NCBI GenBank assembly: GCA_037146775.1
Contig: JBAWWL010000003.1
Span: forward strand, 133,956-197,955
From: Candidatus Omnitrophota bacterium
GTDB lineage: Bacteria > Omnitrophota > Gorgyraeia > Duberdicusellales > 4484-171
Length of the DNA stretch: 64,000 bases
Direction: 5' to 3'
Position numbers and translations under genes: made by a program. Every line of letters begins with the position of its first letter. Position 1 is the stretch's first letter. Below the pieces are notes generated by a model. It ran no database searches and was not told where the DNA came from. It worked only from the letters and a program-made list of their open reading frames with translations. Below, in pieces: positions 37,828 through 47,282 of the stretch.

Positions 37828-37898
37828 AACAGAAGACAGAAAACAGAAGTCAGATAATTTTTTTCTGACCTCTGTCATCTGATATCTGACTTCTGAAT
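37828..37898. repeat. Heptad repeat element in hairpin configuration (site C): four direct RACAGAA heptads, a T-run loop, five inverted heptads
   Basis: 'aacagaa gacagaa aacagaa gtcagat aattttttt ctgacct ctgtcat ctgatat ctgactt ctgaata'. Confidence 0.65.
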
Positions 37899-37911
37899 AA
37901 CTTTGATGCCA

Positions 37912-39408
37912 ATGGAAAAGATTATAATATTTGATACGACATTGCGCGACGGAGAACAGGCGCCGGGCGCTTCCTTGACCTCAGAGCAAAAACTTGAGGT
38001 GGCATGTCAATTGGAAAAGCTTGGGGTTGATATTATTGAGGCCGGTTTTCCTATTGCCAGCCCCGATGATTTTAAAGCGGTAAGTACCATTGCCCGGGTT
38101 ATTAAACATTGCGCGGTATGTGGTTTAGCGCGCTGCGTCAAGGCGGACATTGAAGCAGCGGGCAATTCTTTAAGGAAAGCGAAGCGTCCGCGTATCCACA
38201 TTTTTCTTGCCACTTCCAAGATTCATCTACAATATAAATTTCACAAAGTTGAAGAAGAAATTTTAACATTAGCTAAACAGGCAATTCAAATGGCAAGAAA
38301 GCATTGTGATGATATAGAATTTTCTCCCGAAGACGCCACGCGTACCGAACGAGATTTTCTTTTCCGTGTGATAGAAACCGCTATCAAAGAAGGGGCGAAA
38401 ACGATCAATATACCCGACACTGTCGGTTATAGCTATCCGCAAGAAATTCATTCGTTGATTATGGATATTATCAACAACGTTCCCAATATAAACCAAGCCA
38501 CCCTTTCAATTCATTGTCATGATGACTTAGGAATGGCAACTGCGAATTCTTTATCGGCCATTTTAGCCGGTGTGCGCCAGGTACATTGTACGATTAACGG
38601 TATAGGCGAACGTGCCGGAAACGCTTCGTTGGAAGAAATTGTTATGGCGCTTAAAACCCGGCGCGATGCATTTGAACATTTCAGCAACGGTATTAACACA
38701 AAAGAATTGTATCGTACTTCGAGATTGGTTAGTGTTTCAACCAGCTTTGTGGTGCCTCCCAATAAAGCCATTGTGGGCGAAAATGCCTTTCGCCATGAGT
38801 CGGGGATTCACCAGGACGCAATGCTTAAAAAACGCACCACTTACGAGATTATGGATCCCAAAGATGTGGGAATAGAAAGCAGTGAACTGGTATTAGGAAA
38901 GCATTCCGGAAGACACGCTCTTTGTGCGCGGCTCAAACATCTCGGTTTGCAGTTGGATGAAAGAAGAGTTGAGACAGTTTTTAAGAAATTTAAAGAACTT
39001 GCCGATAAGAAGAAAGAGATATTTGACGAAGATTTGGTTACGTTAGCCGAGGAAGAAACGCGGGAGCATAAGAAAGGTTTCGAACTGGTCTCGGTACAGG
39101 TTATGACCGGTACGGATATCGTTCCTGATGCAACCGTGAAGCTGAAATACAAGAAAAAAATCTATCAAGCTCATTCAGGCGGAGACGGCCCGGTGGATGC
39201 TTGTTATAAGGCGATTGACAAAATTACCAAAATAAAGACGAAGCTGGTAAGTTACAAACTTGAAGCTATTACCAAAGGAAAAGACGCGCAAGGGTTAGTG
39301 AGGGTAGAGTTAAAAGTTGGCGGTAAGGCGGTGAGCGGCCGTGGTGCAAGTACCGATATTTTAGAGGCATCAGCCCGTGCGTATCTTGACGCGTTGAATA
39401 AGATTTAG
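37912..39408 (+). CDS. leuA: 2-isopropylmalate synthase
   Basis: It has 'IIIFDTTLRDGEQAPG' and 'HCHDDLGMATANSL', with a C-terminal regulatory domain. Alternative starts lie at 37903 and 37906. Confidence 0.9.
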   Translation: MEKIIIFDTTLRDGEQAPGASLTSEQKLEVACQLEKLGVDIIEAGFPIASPDDFKAVSTIARVIKHCAVCGLARCVKADIEAAGNSLRKAKRPRIHIFLATSKIHLQYKFHKVEEEILTLAKQAIQMARKHCDDIEFSPEDATRTERDFLFRVIETAIKEGAKTINIPDTVGYSYPQEIHSLIMDIINNVPNINQATLSIHCHDDLGMATANSLSAILAGVRQVHCTINGIGERAGNASLEEIVMALKTRRDAFEHFSNGINTKELYRTSRLVSVSTSFVVPPNKAIVGENAFRHESGIHQDAMLKKRTTYEIMDPKDVGIESSELVLGKHSGRHALCARLKHLGLQLDERRVETVFKKFKELADKKKEIFDEDLVTLAEEETREHKKGFELVSVQVMTGTDIVPDATVKLKYKKKIYQAHSGGDGPVDACYKAIDKITKIKTKLVSYKLEAITKGKDAQGLVRVELKVGGKAVSGRGASTDILEASARAYLDALNKI

Positions 39409-39428
39409 GCAACATGAAAGAGGGTAAT

Positions 39429-39893
39429 ATGCGTTATGTGCTAAATATTATCGCGATTCTTATAGTGGTTGCGATTACAATCGGGATAATCCAGTACCGA
39501 CAACATTCTTCAACGTATCCTTTCGAGGGTACCTTCAAGCAGGCTTACAAAAATCTGGGCAAAACTCTGCGGGCAAAAGAAAAAGAAGTCCTTGTTTCTG
39601 TTTCTCCGGACAGGAAACGAGCTCTTACTTTTATTACCAAGGAAACGGCACTGCGAGAGCTTGTCCCGGAGTTATTCGGCACGTTTGACGAGCAGGAGTG
39701 GGAATACTTCTGGGGACTTCTCTATGATCCAATGGCTATTAAAAAGGGGAAGAAACCCGTTAAAACCTATCGTTCACGGGATGAAATTGAAAGCGTTTTA
39801 CGCGACCGGTATTCCGAGACTCTCGGTTACTATGATGACGCTAAGTGGTTTGCGTTGTGGAAAGCCGCCGGCGTGGATTGGTCACAATGGTAG
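39429..39893 (+). CDS. Hypothetical membrane-anchored protein
   Basis: It has an N-terminal TM 'VLNIIAILIVVAITIGII' and an aromatic-rich soluble domain. It has no family match. Confidence 0.45.
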   Translation: MRYVLNIIAILIVVAITIGIIQYRQHSSTYPFEGTFKQAYKNLGKTLRAKEKEVLVSVSPDRKRALTFITKETALRELVPELFGTFDEQEWEYFWGLLYDPMAIKKGKKPVKTYRSRDEIESVLRDRYSETLGYYDDAKWFALWKAAGVDWSQW

Positions 39894-40726
39894 ATAGTCA
39901 GACAGCATGTTTAGGGTTATTTGGTTTTCCCGTCAAACATTCTCTATCGCCGCGCATTCATCGCTATTTCTCGAAACTGCACCGTATTAACGCCACCTAT
40001 CTTTGTTTTGAAGTTTCACCAGCCCATTTGGAAAAAGCAATTACCGGCGCTAAGGCGCTCGGCCTAAAAGGTTTCAACCTCACCATTCCCCATAAAGAAA
40101 GTATTATCCGTTATCTCGACTGCATTGATCCTGGAGCCAGGCTTATTGGTGCGGTGAATACGGTAAAAATCGAAAACGGTAAGACATTCGGATTTAATAC
40201 TGACGGAGAAGGTTTCCTGCGGCATCTTCAGGAAGAATTGTCGTTCGACCCTCGTCATAAGGATATAGCGATGCTTGGCGCCGGTGGAGCGGCAAGAGCG
40301 GTTTCGGTATATTTGGCCAAAATGCACCCGGCCAGCCTTGCAATATACGATATTGATAAGGCAAAAGCAAAAGCGTTATTGGGTCATCTGAAAGCAAATT
40401 TCAAGCATACCACGTTTCGTTTTGCCTCAAGCGTTATCGCGCTGGATATAGCGCAGTGTGATTTGTTAGTGAATACAACGCCTGTAGGTATGAAGCCGGG
40501 GGATCCTTGTCTTGTTGCCCCCGAACTTTTACATAAAAAGCTCTTTGTATATGATTTAATTTATAATCCCGGAGAAACCAAACTTCTTATGCGTTCACGT
40601 TTGCATGGTTGCCGCATTTCGAACGGTTTAGGAATGTTATTACATCAAGCCGCGCGGTCATTTGAGATTTGGACCGGTAAAAAGATAGCGAAAAGCAGTA
40701 TACAAAAATTACAATCTGCGATATGA
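39887..40726 (+). CDS. aroE: Shikimate dehydrogenase
   Basis: It has 'LFGFPVKHSLSPRIH' and 'MLGAGGAARAV'. The track ORF starts at 39845, but the canonical N-terminus fits the ATG at 39887. Confidence 0.85.
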   Translation: MVDSQTACLGLFGFPVKHSLSPRIHRYFSKLHRINATYLCFEVSPAHLEKAITGAKALGLKGFNLTIPHKESIIRYLDCIDPGARLIGAVNTVKIENGKTFGFNTDGEGFLRHLQEELSFDPRHKDIAMLGAGGAARAVSVYLAKMHPASLAIYDIDKAKAKALLGHLKANFKHTTFRFASSVIALDIAQCDLLVNTTPVGMKPGDPCLVAPELLHKKLFVYDLIYNPGETKLLMRSRLHGCRISNGLGMLLHQAARSFEIWTGKKIAKSSIQKLQSAI

Positions 40727-40748
40727 TACTGGTAAGGATGGATCAGCA

Positions 40749-41582
40749 GTGATAGAAAGCGTAATTGTTTTTATTTTTGGAAGTATCGTCGGCAGTTTTC
40801 TTAATGTATGTATCCACCGTCTGCCCAAAGACCTTTCTGTCGTAAAACCACGTTCATTTTGCCCGCACTGTAAAGTCCCGATATGCTGGTATGATAATAT
40901 TCCATTTATCAGTTTTATCATCCTTGGGGGCAAATGCCGCAAATGCCAAGGAAAAATTTCTTTTCGTTATCCGCTCGTTGAGCTGGTAACCGCAGTTTTT
41001 TTTGTTATTCTTTATACACAGCTTGGTCTTTCTTCCGTCTTACTGAAATATTTGTTTTTCTTTTGTTTGCTTATTGTCGTTTCATTTATTGATATCGATT
41101 ATCACGCTATTCCCGCATATCTTTGTTTTGTCGGCGTGATATTCGGTTTACTCTATGACGTGGTGATTACCGTTAGGCTTCTTGAGCGTGGGATGATCAC
41201 CAGTTGGCAGTTTTTACCGATACTCAGATCGCTGAAGGGGCTCATTTTTGGTCTCGGATTCACTTATCTTTTTAAATTCTTCGGTGATATAGCTATCGGT
41301 TTATATTTAAGCTGGCGAAAAAAAGAATCTATCGAAGGAGAAAAAGAATCTCTTGGCCTGGGCGATGTTGATTTTATGGGCATGACCGGCGTATTCTTGG
41401 GTATGCAGCAGGTAGTGCTTGTATTTTTCTTGGCACCGTTTTTTGCGCTTCTTTATTCTGCAGCGGCATTATTTTTAAAAAAATCACACGTCATTCCCTA
41501 TCTGCCGTATCTTTCGCTTGCTTCGATAGCGGTATTTTTCTGGGAAAAGCAGATTTTGAAGATAGTTGGTTTTGGATTTTAA
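40749..41582 (+). CDS. pilD: Prepilin peptidase (A24 family, type IV leader peptidase/N-methyltransferase)
   Basis: It has a zinc-binding CxxC...CxxC ('CPHCKVPI...CRKCQGKI'), the catalytic 'IDIDYHAIP', and 'GLGDVDFMGM'. Confidence 0.8.
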   Translation: MIESVIVFIFGSIVGSFLNVCIHRLPKDLSVVKPRSFCPHCKVPICWYDNIPFISFIILGGKCRKCQGKISFRYPLVELVTAVFFVILYTQLGLSSVLLKYLFFFCLLIVVSFIDIDYHAIPAYLCFVGVIFGLLYDVVITVRLLERGMITSWQFLPILRSLKGLIFGLGFTYLFKFFGDIAIGLYLSWRKKESIEGEKESLGLGDVDFMGMTGVFLGMQQVVLVFFLAPFFALLYSAAALFLKKSHVIPYLPYLSLASIAVFFWEKQILKIVGFGF

Positions 41583-41594
41583 GAAGGAGTGTCC

Positions 41595-42728
41595 ATGCGT
41601 CTTTTAACCGCCGGCGAATCTCATGGTTCTTATAACGTTGCGATACTTGAGGGTTTCCCCAAAGGTGTCCGGATAGAGCAACGGTTTATCAATGAAGAGC
41701 TCAAAAGAAGGATGACCGGTGTCGGCCGCGGTGGCCGGATGCTGATAGAGGAGGATAGTGCGGAAATTGTTTCTGGGCTGCGCAATAAAATTACCTTAGG
41801 AAGCCCCATAGCGATTTTAATAAAGAATAAAGACGCAAAGATTTTTGCTCAAGCCTCGGACAACCTTGCATCTTTATCCATTCCGCGCCCTGCGCATGCG
41901 GATCTGTGCGGTGCGCTGAAATATGGCGAGAAAGACCTACGAAATATTTTAGAGCGGGCTTCGGCGCGCGAAACAGTAGCGCGGGTAGCTGTCGGCGCAA
42001 TATGCAAACAGTTTCTCTCTTTATTCCGTGTGCGCATCGCAAGTTTTACTGTGGGCGTTGGGAGAGTTTTGTCCGGAGTAAAACCGAAAGATATCTCGGA
42101 AATTATTGCTTCCAGGAAACAAGAGCTTAATTGTATCGATGCTGTCGCAGGGAAACAGATGATTAAAGCGATCAAACAGGCTCAAAGTTCTGGTGATAGT
42201 CTTGGTGGAATAGTAGAGGTATGGGTTGATGGGCTTGTGTGCGGTTTGGGCAGTTTCATGCACTTTGATAAGCGTTTGGATGCAAAACTTGCCGGCTATC
42301 TTATGAGTATCCCGGCAGTAAAAGGTGTGGAGATTGGGCTAGGATTCAAGTATGCACAAGAGAGGGGTTCTCTCTCTCACGACGCAATATATTACTCTCC
42401 GTCAAAAAAGTTTTATAGAAACACGAATAATTCCGGCGGTATTGAGGGCGGTATTTCGACCGGCTCACCCGTAGTGATGCGTGTGGCGATGAAACCTATT
42501 GCGACACTCTGTAAGCCTCTGGAATCCGTCGATCTTATGACCAAGAAGAAAGAAAAAGCAATGGTAGAGCGCTGCGATACTTGTGCTATTGTGGCTTTGT
42601 CGGTTATTGCGGAAGCCATGAGCTCACTAGCGGTTACCGAAAGCTTCCTGGAGAAGTTTAGTTGTGATAGTTTACCGGAGATCAAAAGGAATTATCAAGG
42701 TTATCTGAAAAGCATTGACAATTTATAA
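41595..42728 (+). CDS. aroC: Chorismate synthase
   Basis: It has 'MRLLTAGESHG' and 'GRGGRMLIEEDSAEIVSG'. The RBS is 'aaggag'. Confidence 0.9.
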   Translation: MRLLTAGESHGSYNVAILEGFPKGVRIEQRFINEELKRRMTGVGRGGRMLIEEDSAEIVSGLRNKITLGSPIAILIKNKDAKIFAQASDNLASLSIPRPAHADLCGALKYGEKDLRNILERASARETVARVAVGAICKQFLSLFRVRIASFTVGVGRVLSGVKPKDISEIIASRKQELNCIDAVAGKQMIKAIKQAQSSGDSLGGIVEVWVDGLVCGLGSFMHFDKRLDAKLAGYLMSIPAVKGVEIGLGFKYAQERGSLSHDAIYYSPSKKFYRNTNNSGGIEGGISTGSPVVMRVAMKPIATLCKPLESVDLMTKKKEKAMVERCDTCAIVALSVIAEAMSSLAVTESFLEKFSCDSLPEIKRNYQGYLKSIDNL

Positions 42729-42859
42729 ATTTTTTGTAAAATTTTTTATATTCCGTTATAACATCTTTTGTAAGAAAGGAGGTGCCCACACTTTGCGGCA
42801 TGAAGTTATGTGTGGTGTCCATTTTATAGAAGTATTACAGGGTTAAAAAAAGGAGTAAG

Positions 42860-43306
42860 ATGAAAAGTATAGCTTTTGTACTTGCCGTTCTTTTAGTGTG
42901 TGTAGCAGGGTGTGGCAGAAAAACTGAAAAAGTAGATACAGCCACCGAAACTGAAAATCTTACCAGCGAATTTGGTATGGTTACCGTAGAAAGTCCGACC
43001 ACCGAAACAACAGCTACAACGCAAGCTACCAGCGAAATACCAGTAGCCACTACTGAATCAGCGAAGGATGTTTTGAGCCAAGAAGCTCCCCTTACTGCTG
43101 TTGCTATGGAAAAACCTACGGTGAGCAATATTCAGCAGGCGCTTAAGAACCTCGGTTTATATGTCGGCAAACTCGATGGTACTCTTGGTCCCAAAACAAA
43201 GAAAGCTATCGAAGAATTCCAGAAGCAGAATAATCTTAAGGTAGACGGCAAGGTTGGCCCAAAAACCTGGGAAAAGCTGAAAACGCATCTCACGAAAGCG
43301 CAGTAA
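42860..43306 (+). CDS. Lipoprotein with C-terminal peptidoglycan-binding (PG_binding_1) domain
   Basis: It has a lipobox 'LLVCVAGCG', a Thr/Glu-rich linker, and a C-terminal 'IQQALKNLGLYVGKLDGTLGPKTKKAIEEFQKQNNLKVDGKVGPKTW'. Confidence 0.7.
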   Translation: MKSIAFVLAVLLVCVAGCGRKTEKVDTATETENLTSEFGMVTVESPTTETTATTQATSEIPVATTESAKDVLSQEAPLTAVAMEKPTVSNIQQALKNLGLYVGKLDGTLGPKTKKAIEEFQKQNNLKVDGKVGPKTWEKLKTHLTKAQ

Positions 43307-43437
43307 ATCGCTTTCAAATAGTTTAGGTGAGATAGGGGACTACGCGTGCAGTGTGTTTTATAGGACTATAGATTTCCTTCCAGGATTACTCTGTATCACT
43401 GTCTATATCCGCATAATTTGAGGTATAATTATTGAGC

Positions 43438-44709
43438 ATGGAGCTACGTTTTTTAACTCTTACGCTTTTTGTTTTTGCCTATCTTCTTTTCATTTTTTTA
43501 CCCGGTAAAAGAACATATATTGCTCTCATTGCCTCTTGCGCGCTTATCATAAGCCGCTGCATAGGCCTGCGGGAAGCATTTTTTGTCATTAACTGGAACG
43601 TGATGGGTATTTTTGTCGGCACCCTGGTAATCGCCGACCTTTTTATGGAAAGCCGCATGCCGGCTTATTTGGCCGAGCTGATTGTAAACCGCTCAAAAAA
43701 TACCTGTATCGCTATGCTTTTTATTTGTGCCCTTACTGGTTTTATCTCCGCATTTGTAGAAAACGTTGCTACTGTTTTGATTGTCGCACCTATCGCTTTA
43801 GCTCTGTCGAAAAAGCTTCATATTAGCCCGGTCAAGCTGTTGATTGCGATTGCGATAAGTTCAAATTTGCAGGGAACCGCTACGCTCATCGGTGATCCAC
43901 CCAGCATGCTTTTGGGCGGTTTTGCAAAAATGAATTTTATGGATTTTTTCTTTTATAAAGGAAAACCCAGCATTTTCTTTGCCGTTCAAGCGGGCGCGTT
44001 GGTTTCTTTTGTGGTGTTGTATTATATCTTTAGGAAGGAGAAGAAGCAGGTCGAGCTTTTACGGGTAGAAAAAATAAAATCATTGGTGCCGACGTTTTTA
44101 CTCGTCGCTCTTATTATAGCTTTAGCTATTTCATCTTTCTTTGATACTGGCTTTAGCTTCCTTGCCGGCACGATCTGTTTAATTACCGCTTTTCTCGGGC
44201 TTCTGTGGGATGCGTTCGCTAATAAAGGTAATTTCATCGCGCGCATAAAAGCGTTAGACTGGGAAACCACCTTTTTTTTAGTAGGAGTATTCATCTTGGT
44301 CGGCAGCCTCACTCTTACCGGATGGATTGATGTAAGCGCGGGATTCCTATCGCAACTTATCGGCCAGAATATTTTCCTGGGATTCGTTCTGCTGGTTACT
44401 ATTTCGGTGGTATTGTCCGCTTTTATTGATAATGTGCCATTCTTGGCGGCAATGCTTCCGGTTACCGTCAGTGTTGCACAAAAACTTTCTGTTGAGCCGA
44501 CCGTATTTTTATTCGGACTGCTTATCGGCACAAGCCTGGGCGGCAATATTACTCCCATAGGTGCGTCAGCCAATATCGTGAGCGTGGGCATTCTTAAGAA
44601 AGAGGGGTATCAGGTAAAATTTATGGATTTTGTTAAAATCGGTTTACCGTTTACCATAGTTGCAGTGTTGGCTGCCTGTTGTTTTGTGTGGGTTGTCTGG
44701 AAGCCATAA
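43438..44709 (+). CDS. ArsB/NhaD-superfamily ion transporter (citrate/arsenite permease-like)
   Basis: It has about 12 TM helices and duplicated 'GDPPSMLLGG' / 'GGNITPIGASANIV' half-transporter motifs. Confidence 0.7.
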   Translation: MELRFLTLTLFVFAYLLFIFLPGKRTYIALIASCALIISRCIGLREAFFVINWNVMGIFVGTLVIADLFMESRMPAYLAELIVNRSKNTCIAMLFICALTGFISAFVENVATVLIVAPIALALSKKLHISPVKLLIAIAISSNLQGTATLIGDPPSMLLGGFAKMNFMDFFFYKGKPSIFFAVQAGALVSFVVLYYIFRKEKKQVELLRVEKIKSLVPTFLLVALIIALAISSFFDTGFSFLAGTICLITAFLGLLWDAFANKGNFIARIKALDWETTFFLVGVFILVGSLTLTGWIDVSAGFLSQLIGQNIFLGFVLLVTISVVLSAFIDNVPFLAAMLPVTVSVAQKLSVEPTVFLFGLLIGTSLGGNITPIGASANIVSVGILKKEGYQVKFMDFVKIGLPFTIVAVLAACCFVWVVWKP

Positions 44710-44781
44710 CAATGAATTGTTTGCTTACGAATAAAATGATTGTAAAATAAGATGGAACCATAAAGATATCTTATCACCATC

Positions 44782-45357
44782 ATGAAAAATTTCTTTTTAG
44801 CTTTTATTCCCATATTTGTGGCTGTCGATGCTGTCGGTGTCCTGCCTATTTTTATTTCTCTTACTGAGGGGCTTAAGAAAAAAGAAAAAACGAAGGTTAT
44901 TTTGCAGTCTCTTTTTACTGCCACTTGCCTGGCGCTCGGGTTTATCTTTTTAGGGAAAGCAATATTTAAGTTTTTAAATATCACCGTAAGCGATTTTATG
45001 ATCGCAGGAGGAAGTATACTTTTCTGTATCGCCATCAGTGATATTGTGAATCCGGAAAAAAAGCGCCGCATTCCAGGTCAGGAGTTAGGGGCAGTTCCTT
45101 TAGGGACTCCCTTGATCGTCGGCCCGGCGGTGCTTACCACCTCGTTGATAATTATAGAAGAATATGGGTTATACCCAACGATTGCATCAGTGGTAGCGAA
45201 TGTTGCAATAGCAGGGTTAATTTTTTCTCTCTCCGGCGTCTTGATACGGCTTATCGGTGACGCAGGAGCTAAGGCGCTTTCCAAGGTAACAAGTCTGCTT
45301 TTAGCCGCCATCGCCATTATGATGATGAGAAAAGGTATAATGCAGCTCTTAAGGTAA
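44782..45357 (+). CDS. MarC-family (UPF0056) membrane protein
   Basis: It has 'FIPIFVAVDAVGVLPIFISLT' and six TM segments. It is 191 aa. Confidence 0.7.
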   Translation: MKNFFLAFIPIFVAVDAVGVLPIFISLTEGLKKKEKTKVILQSLFTATCLALGFIFLGKAIFKFLNITVSDFMIAGGSILFCIAISDIVNPEKKRRIPGQELGAVPLGTPLIVGPAVLTTSLIIIEEYGLYPTIASVVANVAIAGLIFSLSGVLIRLIGDAGAKALSKVTSLLLAAIAIMMMRKGIMQLLR

Positions 45358-45478
45358 TTTACCTGCCCAATCTTGCGGTATTGACTTTTGTCAAGAAATG
45401 TATAAAATTTTATGGTAAACTTCGGTTATTTTTTAAAGCAGTTTTGTCTGCTGTGATATCAATAAAGGAGGTGTCCAG

Positions 45479-45901
45479 ATGTTTTTACGGTTACTTTGCA
45501 TTGCCATGTTAGTGATAGGCATTAGCGGTTGCGCGACGGCAAAAAAGAGCGCATCATCATCACAAATCGAAGAATTTAACGGTAAGATCAGTGACTTAGA
45601 AAAGCAGTTGCAAGAAAAAGACAGTGAAATTCGCGACTTAGAAGACCGATTATCCAGAACGCAAGGCGTAGAAGAAATGGTGAATGTGACAGAGGTAGAT
45701 ATTTCTAGCGCTACGCCTATACGGATTCAAACCGCGCTTAAAAACGCCGGTTTTTATAATGAAGCCGTTGACGGAAAGTTAGGAAGAAAAACAAAAGAAG
45801 CAATCAAGGCATTTCAGAAAGAGAACAGTTTAAAGGCCGATGGCGTAGTGGGAAAGCAAACGTGGTCAAAATTGCAAAAGTTTTTAGGACAGTCTCGTTA
45901 A
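45479..45901 (+). CDS. Lipoprotein with coiled-coil and C-terminal peptidoglycan-binding domain (paralog of the 42860 gene)
   Basis: It has a lipobox 'VIGISGCA', a coiled coil, and 'IQTALKNAGFYNEAVDGKLGRKTKEAIKAFQKENSLKADGVVGKQTW'. Confidence 0.7.
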   Translation: MFLRLLCIAMLVIGISGCATAKKSASSSQIEEFNGKISDLEKQLQEKDSEIRDLEDRLSRTQGVEEMVNVTEVDISSATPIRIQTALKNAGFYNEAVDGKLGRKTKEAIKAFQKENSLKADGVVGKQTWSKLQKFLGQSR

Positions 45902-46020
45902 GGAATCGTGATAGTCTTTTCCTGCCTTCTCGCAGGCCGCTATCACGCGCTCATAAAGATTGAGCAAACTTTTCACGGGGAAGTATTTTTGTGTTTCGAT
46001 GTGTGATAGTAAAGAGCGAG

Positions 46021-46057
46021 CCCTAAAAAGGCTCGCTCTTTTTTTGGCAAACCCCAG
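46021..46057 (+). terminator. Rho-independent terminator
   Basis: 'agagcgagcc-ctaaaaa-ggctcgctct' followed by TTTTTTT. Confidence 0.7.
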
Positions 46058-46176
46058 GCATCTTTAGATATTTTTTGTGGTGAACCGCGTTTTTTACAAA
46101 TAGAATAAGCGATTATTGTTTAAATTGATCACAGAACTTCTTGTAGCTGTCTGTTCTCACAGGCAAGGAGAGGGCT

Positions 46177-46506
46177 ATGAAGACAATATTTCTTTTAACT
46201 CTGTCGAATATTTTTATGACGTTTGCCTGGTATGGCCACCTCAAGTATAAAAATTCTCCCCTATGGATAGCAATAATCGTAAGTTGGCTTATTGCGTTTG
46301 TCGAATATTGTTTTCAGGTACCTGCCAATCGTATCGGGCACTATCGATTTACGACGGTACAGCTTAAAACTATCCAGGAAGTCATTACGTTAGTTGTTTT
46401 TTGTTTCTTTTCGGTGTTTTACTTAAGAGAAAATCTCAAACTAAATCATATCGTTGGCTTTGTTATGATTATTATCGCGGTATTTGTCATTTTTAAAAAA
46501 TGGTAA
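46177..46506 (+). CDS. Small DMT-superfamily-like membrane protein (DUF486-like)
   Basis: It is 109 aa with four TM segments. The assignment is by overall shape only. Confidence 0.45.
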   Translation: MKTIFLLTLSNIFMTFAWYGHLKYKNSPLWIAIIVSWLIAFVEYCFQVPANRIGHYRFTTVQLKTIQEVITLVVFCFFSVFYLRENLKLNHIVGFVMIIIAVFVIFKKW

Positions 46507-46576
46507 GGTAGTATTGGTATGCAATGACAACATGTGGTTGACTGATGCCAAGGGTGGTAGTATCATCATAGTATAC

Positions 46577-46999
46577 ATGAAAAGAAAATATATATTGTTG
46601 GCGGCAGTATTGCTTGTCTCGATAATGGCTATTCATAGCGGTGTGGTGTGGGCTATTGCCGAGAAAAAAGTAGGCACAGTCACGATTAAGGCCAGCACGG
46701 GAACCAGGGATATTATGCCATTTTTAGAAGATATGGTTGTTCGCTGGGGAAAATACTTTCGGTTACTTTACGGTGAATATAAGAACGATAAGATAGTAAT
46801 CCAGATAGATACGAATGGGAATTATTTTGTTTTTGATGAAATTTCCAGGGTTGGCCATGCGGTTGCATACGAAGTGGCCACGCTTTACCCTCTGGCTGAA
46901 GCAACTATTGTTATGCGCGCGCCTGAATCCGAGGGGGCGTGGCATACGCTGGAATGGACTGTTATAGAAGGCGAAATAACCAATTATACCGAACGTTAA
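46577..46999 (+). CDS. Hypothetical secreted protein
   Basis: It has a signal peptide 'KYILLAAVLLVSIMAIHS'. It has no family match. Confidence 0.4.
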   Translation: MKRKYILLAAVLLVSIMAIHSGVVWAIAEKKVGTVTIKASTGTRDIMPFLEDMVVRWGKYFRLLYGEYKNDKIVIQIDTNGNYFVFDEISRVGHAVAYEVATLYPLAEATIVMRAPESEGAWHTLEWTVIEGEITNYTER

Positions 47000-47282
47000 T
47001 CCTTCCTGTCTCTGATTTTTTCCCCGCACTATTTTTCTTGGCGTATAGGAAAGTATAAAAAAGGCAAATCATTTATACAAAATATTTACTTTCCAATTGT
47101 AACAACGCTAAGGAACCTCGAAATACAGGGTGGACCCTTCGCACTAACCTAAAATAGTTGTAAGCTTCGCCTCAGGATGAAGCAAGATTTCTTGAAAACG
47201 CTTACAAAAAACAGGCACTTTCGCTGGTTTTTACCATCGCTTATATGGTACTATCTAAATTAGGTGAAAGAGGGGGGTGTTT

